The notes beneath the pieces were generated by a model that saw only the letters and a program-made list of their open reading frames with translations, did no database searches and had not been told where the DNA came from. From IMG/VR virus record IMGVR_UViG_3300025141_012285, positions 20,072 through 84,071 of that record: a stretch of 64,000 bases of DNA. One strand, written 5' to 3'. Below are positions 50,601 to 57,500 of the stretch, piece after piece; position 1 is the first letter of the stretch, and every line of letters starts with the position of its first letter. A program made the position numbers and the translations under genes. The DNA comes from a virus.

Positions 50601-53284
50601 CGCTTGATTTGGTAAGCCAGTTCTCAAAATCTTTTGCAGATGGCTTTGGCGCTACTGTTTATCAACCCGCTCTCGCAACCTTTGCAAGAGTAACGGGGAG
50701 TAATGTGATCCAATATGGCTACGCTCGACCGGTTATGCAATCTTTATTTGCGCCCGGAATCTTGTATAACTCCATCAAATCTGGAATGGCTGTTGACTAT
50801 CCCATCATTACTAATGGCTATAAGGTCTTTAAGCAGATAGTAACCGGCGCCTATTTCAGCCCGGGCGACTTTCCTCAAAACTGGATGATCGCTTCCAATG
50901 GGCCCACCGGAAGCGGCGATCTTGCAAAAGGCTCAGCCGCATACACGTCCGGAACGTTCTGGGACATGAGAGTTCCTTTTGAGGCGATTATGAATCCTCT
51001 TAAATATATTAAAGATGTTCCAATGGTAGACGTAGAGCCTCACCCAAGCGCGGCATTAGCTCAATCAACCACTGCTTCCATGGGCGGAGATAGTGTGGGA
51101 TCGCTCTATAATATGATGGCATCTAACTTCTTTGCTGAAGTTGGAAAGTTCTTCCTCAAAGATCAAAACTATACGAAGCTTCAATCTAACGGCGTTTCAT
51201 TGTCGACTTATCGATTCAATGGGAGAGAAACCTTCGGCGCCCGCTTGAGAATGAAGACTTCGTATGAAGGACAAAGAAACTATAGCCATGAAGTAGGATT
51301 TGATGGCACAAACTATTTCTTTGCACCAGATGGTGCCCGGGCGTTTTTCAAGAAATATAACTCTCCGGCTACCTCTTCCGTGGGTTCGCCTTCCGGAATC
51401 CCCGGAATATCCGGATCCTATGAGCTACCTCAAGATCCGGAAAGAGCCGTCGGATTCAAACACAACTTCAGCATGTACAGCCGCCCCTCAGCGTTTGGGC
51501 CGGCAGTCTCTGGGCGCCCAGCATCTGGATCAGCCGCATGGGATTTCAACCAGTTGACGTGGTTCGGCTATCAAAATGACTTTAACCTTTCTGCATCCTC
51601 TTTCGGAGTTAAAGATTCGCTAGCGGGCTACAACTGGTCCTTCACTCCTCCTTATACTGACGGCGAAGCGTGGGTTGACTTTATTTTCCGCCCCTCGTCC
51701 AGCACTACTTATGATTTACAACGGATATTAACTGAGACTGAAATAGTGACAAGAAGATATGATCCCGGATCGGATATGTTCAACCACAAGAAATACAAGG
51801 GTGTGTATTTGCGAACCCTGCACAGAGATGCCCCGTTGGCTGCTACAATATCGGCTTCGGCGAACAACACAGGCTCGATGAGTGCACTCGCACCTACTTT
51901 CATGCGCAACTACACACCATACGCCAGCGAGAACATCAACGATAACGCAATGCAGATAGATTCTTGTATTAATCTATTCGGTATTGAAAACGTTGTTCGC
52001 GAGAAAACTGATAAATTTGGTGGCACTCTCTCCAAAGATAATGAAGCAGTCTCCCAGCGCTGGATTATTCAGCCGAAGTTCGAGACCCCCATGTTAAACT
52101 TCACCGATGTTGGCGTGCACCCAATCACATATGGGTCGACCGTGGCTGTTCCCACGACGTGGGGATCCGGATCCGTCATTCCCCGCGGTATGTGGCACCA
52201 GTTTGGAATCCTTCCTGAATCCCCAGATCATGGAATCTTTATGGAAATCGGAGATATTCCGAAACAATGGCTCCAAAATCATTACGACGTGGTGACCGGA
52301 TCTTCCATATATAACAACTATGATCCGGATGCAGGCCCCAACACTTATAAGACCGTGAAGTCTTTCGCAAGTCTGATGGGCTTCACACCTGAAAACTCCA
52401 GTGTAAGAATGGGCGAAGTCGCAAACAAGCAAATAATCAAGGAAGCCGTAGTGGCCATACCGTATATCTTGGAGGGAGTAACTCAAGGAGAGTCGGACAT
52501 CGCTGGCAAGAACGCACAAACTCGAAAGAGGTTTATTAATATTCCCGGGAAGAGATTCAACGCGGCCATAAGAGAAACAGACGGATCCCTAGAGGGGGAC
52601 TCACTACAGACTGCTGGGGCTTCAATTAGAAGACTTGTAGACACGATGCCGAAATATATATTGCCTCCTCAGTTTGATTTCTTAAGTAATCCCCAAGTAG
52701 AGCCATTGGTTATGTATTTCTTTGAGTTCTCTTACATTCTTGATCAAGACGATTTATCTTATATTTGGCAGAACTTGGCGCCCCGTGATTACACTCGGAT
52801 GGAGATGAAGAAAGATGCGACCGCGCATGCCCTTTTAGATACTGAGTTATTAAATGAATACAACCTTTTAACCAACGAAAACATGCGTTGGATGGTCTTC
52901 AAGGTCAAACAACGCTCACAAGCTTCTTACGACGCCATGACAGTTGCCCAAATAGGCGAACCCACGAGACAGAAAGATATGGTACCGCGTTCTAAGTCGG
53001 GGTATCCTTTATCTTATAACTGGCCTTATGATTATATTTCGATTGTTGAAACAATAAAAATGAATTTAGATATTAAGTATGACAAGCTCGAGCCAGCCAA
53101 GAGTACTTTAAAGAAAAGGTTACCGAAAGCTACCAAGATCAAGATAGCAAATAAAGCCCTTAGCAAAAAAATCAGATCAAAACAAGAAGTAAACGTAAGT
53201 AAAAAACAAAAAGCCAGCCCCAAGAAGGTTGTTACTCGTAAGCCACCTTCGTCGAAAAAAACCACCGGTAAGGTAAAGTTCTAA
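41630..53284 (+). CDS. Giant (3884 aa) virion protein with three LamG/concanavalin-A-like domains (baseplate wedge/fibre-like)
   Basis: LamG signatures: TIEFW..WRHYAF..LYVNG..LSGSLDEFRFW..YYKFNEG; GWWRLNE..TFSAWIYP..WTHVAVT..FAGQISDVAVW; TLSMW..WHHYAVT..FTGSMDQMTMW. Also YKSKGTHRSIRNVLRCF, a motif of gp7/P2-I-type wedge proteins. Confidence 0.75.
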   Translation: MSIKDLFGRNYLPDKSIKEISVDIESPENLQAQKARQDSFIPQIDYENPYTFAKYGSANLYYNSAIDRILDFYPYDGSDSEITKFYNKSLDIEKYIFDKKYPRTTGYSIISPVNVTSSAKYSGRPAYGGAGYGMPTVAEYITFNGGLNVVNETTNIKKLVPDPTNSKFQYNNIYDNNLYVNSGFPSDYGSGTRLSNLRSDFDTGVTIEFWAMTGALGTSVTDRQVVFDMWNNNATASADESYGRIRIELAADGAYGATESPFLITVQSGTLSASAEQINTSSIGTANLSHSLSDWRHYAFVLENSGSAFKASLYVNGELNDTNVYLSTTMGELSSKNMQGRIGALLTAPAYVSDTTLTASQFVGGGKLSGSLDEFRFWKTARNAEQIGRYWFDQVRGGTNTDISNTTLGMYYKFNEGITGAPTIDSVVLDYAGRLCNGTWTGYSSVSRNTGSAIVSASAAPFEYLDPIIRPQHAGISSLRTELTAKGEHHDTQNAGQFLNLIPAWVVEEAQATNDADGQSNIEQLSHIMGAYFDKLYLQISALPSFRHEQFTSSSYKPLPFAQHLPQSLGLTTPDIFVDSKILERFKDRSNTEMFEGDLNDTKNLIYQNLYNSLATIYKSKGTHRSIRNVLRCFNIDDNLVYFNTYADNQTYELNTNRKQTLKKRKMINFNTASNMEAVVYQAEDPAYPAPVSLGYITGSGKQAIPGPYEFGEAGNQDGYGFTAEASIRFPRFFKIADSMDRNFFTSSLFGGMTVMTGATGTGYAGGTTALTGAQDVANFQVYAIRDALGSKNVRFMLTSSFDPHPFDALTSSNFLSVYANEDWNLSVGLRPTKYGSDIISGSTDFVYDIVFRGYNNTLGTIRNSFEVSASMKAEFGKNFLRSWKRMYVGAQNVNITGSNTHFADTQINGLKYWTKYIDNISLKQHALDRENSGVSGSYRNISGIDPLAATHDVYNLNTLALNWYFGNVTGSDSAGNFYVTDLSSGSLNSAGTSVMEKFGWAGKLSGYLYAGKGHGFPASAEDAVSNNLVNEFKFVDPEIVTSDEMVNILDEDDELFGLFDEVPSYRHLTEKSLYASVTEEILDYFAGVLDFSNMIGDPVHRYRFEYKPIDLLRRIYFEKFNDIKTVEKFTEYFRWFDDAIAAIIQQMVPASAEYVADMYNTVESHILERHKYHSKFPTIEFKQPDPEAPMLGIGANLLGYVTDLFGGVEASPRPVNVHKNYWKKRAQPGAKGVGSFEISSGDAAIDSQRRAFRNISWSKPSLSSSQIVLSKPDGTQYVRNQLLQTQKHGVVNFNQPERNKTIKGGVNFEPGKSFSYVQSSVYPAGPINTADSLFIPENVLYGDIADLTAIEDIEQWEEDGNVSKKRHRYLGVVQGRDYDGGYNYTKTKNSFAFPFNLMSASISGGIDDFISARLSSSITVANLHNDVYGYELEKPLQGPFTEYAVGGHQSRHVPLNTSGSTKTFFSTGLDNYTTRPEAWKLLLGKRGPGCPTGDFLSGAIGLVPADYPWPEANEPDVPPYPMTASQKAVYYRGFTAKRPVNIRNIRMRTGSTILGNFEHNYEVVHSFDTYANPRQFIEKQPALPTQIFQNNSTSSTQTRTFLDLHRTDDSHFEFVDEYSVDYLTGTVNNSIISTRFGTVGGPLTDGTGYRDFRSDSLSVYNTLNNLYMTVIKTSQPPSGTFSEPPGAGTTGIRVFDLHGRDVGLTSHYARHTARFGRDPVALPTIPYTLTSSMYVRSPSVSTYSSSAGLQGWWRLNEDISSAGDAVDSSGNGRDGTPTNRPAFSTTLFPNKFIQTGSCTFDGSDDDTNIGAAATWDAIIGNDTGGGSTEQMTFSAWIYPTSAGENNYGRIIDFGNQDIGFFLGDGAGGTELNFSVKWDSGPAVANWKTTAEIATSIWTHVAVTYDATSTSNAPTIYINGVPAAASQTGTAPAGTYYGIVTQTCHIGNNNGGTRTFAGQISDVAVWNSILPTADVHAIAEVGSIFYADSITATTVPEPGLTYNQLPNFHKIHRNNICVKKQTSCVLNPIYSGSALSNLRSGYWVAAPAATSVGTVLASADTGSADFLTASLRGDGNGAGMTLSMWAKPGAQTTAMALWSIGKCSAASEPFVVVEKTNNNRLTVEVRTRTTSTGHDGTPRLVTVYGVTSALTDANWHHYAVTLQGKNGALGDAQDAESLVALYVDGSPISITSFVTNPSGSILTYDAQKDGDYSFKGFSPAAGGVPNKSGQQIYAFGGESSAAATGPDPFTGSMDQMTMWTRNLSAADISEIYNGGVPCDITASAAYTAAPSNLFAWYALGEYAPNGKQDEVKSSNVGSPLSASNIIWDHSPEPHYNMYPVGRQSTTISTSEFLLSSGAVDGVWPDPIPGCTLSVVGLEEVCTVTEQSQYDNFNIQHQIPRDTRQYAWITSSLESTASWWSCGFTPRDFWFRSGSTYIEPLNFVSASEAGAVNTGAGLTFDPTDYSPADLPQVQRLNLNIHEPVSASSNILGYSATTPITQYINRNAGLIEVLSMDPKDEAYMFNNLMWKRGNQYGYPSWKQVRQQDHPLLMQQQKTNKLNISYLGNVSRSFDLPPVSMKGTPALVNMDYVTSMSGSKHGLTEIQDNVTLKTSYNNEMIGFNEQALDVFQNLNYQSEVTPFEQLVAMKDRYNVDLNWVLYSENLFPSTRREFISSSMTRVGYDNGFWRDVRVDRTVNPATNSVGVKAWSTSYLSESMWALDAPQDFLTRTGPSTIGSTIIGGGPWYAYDIQDPIISNTAGELQNTYTSYHFEDPPAKTTNGGLWQVQIAMRNGGLYSRKHMLNSPLSAVSPSLSGTINRQLLGMDANNMRLERQIMSAPIAGRTGSLATGSGEALWQADTQAGYLTMSNNTTGFVSASSKPWYNDYDDFRADLKTIAKGYAVIPEFRISEQIENYARYDILGADNFDTFTIPGTALSSSQDTFYKDYTNSDFMKNFLDVKQMSDLKAKELRLTCHATIKFNPYKGFYPAQRTLDLVSQFSKSFADGFGATVYQPALATFARVTGSNVIQYGYARPVMQSLFAPGILYNSIKSGMAVDYPIITNGYKVFKQIVTGAYFSPGDFPQNWMIASNGPTGSGDLAKGSAAYTSGTFWDMRVPFEAIMNPLKYIKDVPMVDVEPHPSAALAQSTTASMGGDSVGSLYNMMASNFFAEVGKFFLKDQNYTKLQSNGVSLSTYRFNGRETFGARLRMKTSYEGQRNYSHEVGFDGTNYFFAPDGARAFFKKYNSPATSSVGSPSGIPGISGSYELPQDPERAVGFKHNFSMYSRPSAFGPAVSGRPASGSAAWDFNQLTWFGYQNDFNLSASSFGVKDSLAGYNWSFTPPYTDGEAWVDFIFRPSSSTTYDLQRILTETEIVTRRYDPGSDMFNHKKYKGVYLRTLHRDAPLAATISASANNTGSMSALAPTFMRNYTPYASENINDNAMQIDSCINLFGIENVVREKTDKFGGTLSKDNEAVSQRWIIQPKFETPMLNFTDVGVHPITYGSTVAVPTTWGSGSVIPRGMWHQFGILPESPDHGIFMEIGDIPKQWLQNHYDVVTGSSIYNNYDPDAGPNTYKTVKSFASLMGFTPENSSVRMGEVANKQIIKEAVVAIPYILEGVTQGESDIAGKNAQTRKRFINIPGKRFNAAIRETDGSLEGDSLQTAGASIRRLVDTMPKYILPPQFDFLSNPQVEPLVMYFFEFSYILDQDDLSYIWQNLAPRDYTRMEMKKDATAHALLDTELLNEYNLLTNENMRWMVFKVKQRSQASYDAMTVAQIGEPTRQKDMVPRSKSGYPLSYNWPYDYISIVETIKMNLDIKYDKLEPAKSTLKKRLPKATKIKIANKALSKKIRSKQEVNVSKKQKASPKKVVTRKPPSSKKTTGKVKF

Positions 53285-53352
53285 TTGGATAACAATAAAG
53301 ATAGTTAACCCCCCAAACAGCCAAAAACAAACAAGAGAATAATTAAAAGAGT

Positions 53353-54597
53353 ATGACCAAGATATTAAACAAGAAAGAGAGAGTGTATGATTTACGGCTT
53401 ACGGGCTATGCCAAACACCTGATGTCAGTGGGTAAATACAAGCCTGCTTACTACGCCTTCTTCGACGACAACATCACATATGATATTAAATACAGACGCG
53501 GAGGCCTCGATCGAGAGAGCATCGCCAGTTTGGCGCCAGAAGCTCAAAATTCAGTTAACGTTAGAATCAAAGACGAAACCGTTTACCTTGGGAGCCTTAC
53601 TCTTTTTGAAGACATCAATGCGAAACAACCAGAACTTCAAAATAGAGATTTAGACGAAGCTTCGCTGATGGCCGGCGAAATCAGCGAATGGGCCGCTAGA
53701 TATGAGAGGGGAGAAACACCTCTCAGCCAGGACGACGTCAGAGAAGCGTATTCCATCGCAACCGCTGGCGGTGATGCCGGTGCCAAGGTTAGGAGAATGT
53801 TTTCTCAAAATTTCTTTGCTGCCGATATAGGCCCACTTCAATATGTGCCACGTCAAGATATATTCAAGTATGACTCGGCCATCGGCGATGCCCTGCTTGA
53901 TAGCAAATATACAGATGTTGCTCCCGCATGGAAGATCGTCGTATTGAATGGCAAGATAACCAGTTCGGAGCAAAAATTTAGAGCATCTGCTAACGTTTCT
54001 GCTAGTATACCACAGGTCAATATTACTGTAGATTACAAAAAAGAGATCCGCAATAGCGAATATCCCACCCGCCAAACTGATCAAGTGTCGGCCGGATCGA
54101 TTCGTGGAAGATATAATCGCACCCCAGCGTTTAGTGATAATAATTTTATTAGACTTTCTTCTCAGGATCCTATTATTTATGTGGACGAGGTTAATACGGA
54201 GCTATTGAATGAAAACTTTGATATTGAAATCTTCCTTGTGACCGGATCTGCTGGCACAGTACTAGAAAGAAAATATTTTGAGACAAAAGACCCGCAAGTT
54301 GTTGATGGAATGATGACAAGACCACAGCCGACGCAAAAAGGTCGTTATACATACGGCGCCGCATCGACCGAGGGTGCCGTACTGGATGCTGCTCCTTCGG
54401 AGACAGCAGTAGAATATTACTTTGATTTATTGACGGATTCGGCAGCAGATTCTGACATAGTGTGCAAACAGCTACAAATTTACAACAAATCATCATATTA
54501 TATTGACTTGGATATTGATTGTACAGGAAATGAAATAGACGATATCTACAACGATATTTATGGAAGTGAGGTAGAACCAGAAATATGTCTAGACTAA
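53353..54597 (+). CDS. Putative virion structural protein
   Basis: 414 aa in the structural module, with DLRLTGYAK..YYAFFDDNITYD N-terminus. Confidence 0.55.
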   Translation: MTKILNKKERVYDLRLTGYAKHLMSVGKYKPAYYAFFDDNITYDIKYRRGGLDRESIASLAPEAQNSVNVRIKDETVYLGSLTLFEDINAKQPELQNRDLDEASLMAGEISEWAARYERGETPLSQDDVREAYSIATAGGDAGAKVRRMFSQNFFAADIGPLQYVPRQDIFKYDSAIGDALLDSKYTDVAPAWKIVVLNGKITSSEQKFRASANVSASIPQVNITVDYKKEIRNSEYPTRQTDQVSAGSIRGRYNRTPAFSDNNFIRLSSQDPIIYVDEVNTELLNENFDIEIFLVTGSAGTVLERKYFETKDPQVVDGMMTRPQPTQKGRYTYGAASTEGAVLDAAPSETAVEYYFDLLTDSAADSDIVCKQLQIYNKSSYYIDLDIDCTGNEIDDIYNDIYGSEVEPEICLD

Positions 54598-57500
54598 CTA
54601 AAGAACAGGCTATGAACTTGTATGGGCGCAACTTGCCGACGCCCACTATTGAAAAAATGACGTTGTTGGATGTAAAAGCCGACGATGAGTTTATAGTGGC
54701 CCTTGATGAGCTAGCAGCAATTGATTTTGAAGATGACGCCTATGAGGCGGTTTTAGATCAGATGAACACAAGGCGATCGCAGATCATAAGTACGACAACG
54801 AGAATAGACATGGATATCTCTTTTTATCTTCAAACATGGGAAGGTTTTGATGTCAATGAACTTACCCGAGAGTTGTTCGAACAGATTACAACAAGCCCCA
54901 ATGACCTAGGAACTTTAGACACGAGCAACAGTTTATATATTAATGCCGCTGTCACTTATCCTTCCTCTCCGGAAGCTGGCGACTCTGTAGGCACACTAAG
55001 GAGAAAAAACAAGCTAGATCTTTTGCCCATGTTTTATGATTTCAGCGACCGCGGCCTGCATAACCAGCTTGATGCGATAGAACCCCACTCCGTGCGCCCT
55101 GACGCAAATTATCTAGCAGCTGCATTATCTAATATGACTGCCCTTGGCGCGAACGGCCGCGGCGGTGAATATGAGGTCTCAGTACCATTAAGTGATTTTT
55201 ATGAGGTGGCTGATCTAAGTGCAGAATATGACGCTGATGATAATCCAATCATAAAAGTTTCAAATATTAAACTCACCTTTTATATAACACATTTTTCTCT
55301 CCACCCTAACATAGTTTTTTACGCTGCAGTATCCACCGGTTCACCGGTAGCCCTCGGCCAGCGCTCCCCACTGGATCCGGTCAGCTATTCGATGAACTTC
55401 AGCGATCTTACGTATGAGGACTTGGTAAAAAATGGAACACTATCATCCATTGGAGAGCCTGTATTTGTTGATTCAGGAGGGATTTATTATCCCAATATGC
55501 CTCTTCGGGCAATCAATAAGAAATATTATAAAATCGATGAGTATGGTCCAAAACAGATCATCGCCCAGACAAACGCACTTTTAAGTGAATATCGAGCATA
55601 TTTAGCCAGTGATAGCGAACTACTCGATTCAGTCAACCAAATAAAACTGCTAATTCAAACCGAGCAAGACTCCATACAATTTCTGCAGATATTAAATAAA
55701 GCGGGCCAGGTTTATTCCGAAACGAATACAACAACTCGCCTCTCTAGATTTTACGAAAGATTTAGAATACTTGTGAATAATGCCGATGCTACATTAAGAA
55801 ATCAACAAGAAGTAGTGAAAAGAGTATATCGCAACTATAAGGTGGTTGATGCCCGGGCATATGTGCCCCCTCCCATGGACGCAATGTCGTATGTGCCCGA
55901 GCTAGCAGAATCTAGCGATTATCTCTATGAACAAATCTTTCACTCGAATGTGGCGAATTTTGTTCCAATGGATGACGCTCCATCCGAATATCCCGGTCGA
56001 GCGGAATTGCCAAGCACACCCTCTGAACGCCTAACCCAGTTTTCTGAAGAAGCGGAGGTTATGCGAAATGACGTTGTCAGATTGCTTATGCCGTATCGGG
56101 GTGGCACCAATGTGCGCGGTTTTGACTATGATGCGGGAGATCCCGTTTCCGACGATGTTTATGACAACGTCAGACAGCAGATCGCCGCCACCAGATTGCC
56201 ATGGGAGTCGAAGTCCGGCATGGCTGAGACCAACAACAAACTTTATACATCGAGTGACCATTCTTATTCTATTGATGATGTAGGTTATAGTGCTTCGGAA
56301 ATAAACGAAATGCTCGGCGACGAATACAGCCAAGATCACCCTTTAGATCGCGCCGCCATGAAATTAACTTGGTGGATATATCATGTATGGGCCGGCCGCC
56401 TGATTCAAGGGTCAGAGCACAAGGGCTATAGAGCCAATGACGATTTTGATGGAGTCCACTGGTATGTATCAACCAGCGATAGAAATAGCTTCGACTGGTA
56501 CGCAGACGACATCCGCTCGAAGCACGCAGAATGGTCAATAAGGAATCCTACCGCAAAGGAAGGTAAGAAGTCATATCCACCATCACGCTTCCGAGGGCTG
56601 GTACGCTCCTTGTCCCAAGAAGAAAGCTATGTACCAACTCCGGAAACGGCCCCCAGGCCTGACGGCACTGAAGGAACTGGCCCGCAACAACCACCGGTAA
56701 GACGACCACCATCCGCCCACGGATCTGAGGACTGGACTATATCGAAATTCGGATACTCGCCATCCGCGACACGACTCAACCCCCTTCCTCATTTTATCTA
56801 TGTTGGTGGCACTGGCCCGAACACATTGGTGATGGAGCAGGACACCGATTATAATAGGGGCGCCCACAAAAACCCCGCGTTTTGGTACAGTGTCCACCTC
56901 ACCCTGACCGATCCAGGTCAATACACCGGGCCGGCGGGGCCAAGGGCTGGATATTATCAGTACTATCTCAATAACTTTTTTTGGACCCCAGCCGACGATA
57001 AAGATGTATGGGCCATCCACACGCTAGGAAATCTAGATGAACAACTTTCGTTTTGGGTACCTAAAAGTTCGATTACCCCTACCGGTCGAGAGATTGATCG
57101 GCCCGCGTCTCTGGACTGGGATCCCACCGGTGCGATGACATGGGATGCTGAGACCTACTGGCTGGATAACTTCAGCAACTATTGGGAGAGAATAGGAGGT
57201 GTCCGTGCCATCAGCGCCCGACGTCCCTACCTCTCGGACGGATCCCCATATGTCGATGGCGGTGGAAACAAGATCTTGGATGATCCAAACTCAGATGACT
57301 CGAACATACCCTTTGTTAGAGTTAAGCGTAGAAAACTTAAGCGTATCTATCGCGACGTCCGAGCACTTGTTATGAACCTCTTCGGCATGGATGAGGATGG
57401 CAAAGGTATGTTGCAGGCGACCCGCGGCGAGACGCACGGATCAGTGGATTCCGACGTCGACACGGGCAGCACCAACGCTTTTACTACCTTGGATGCGTAC

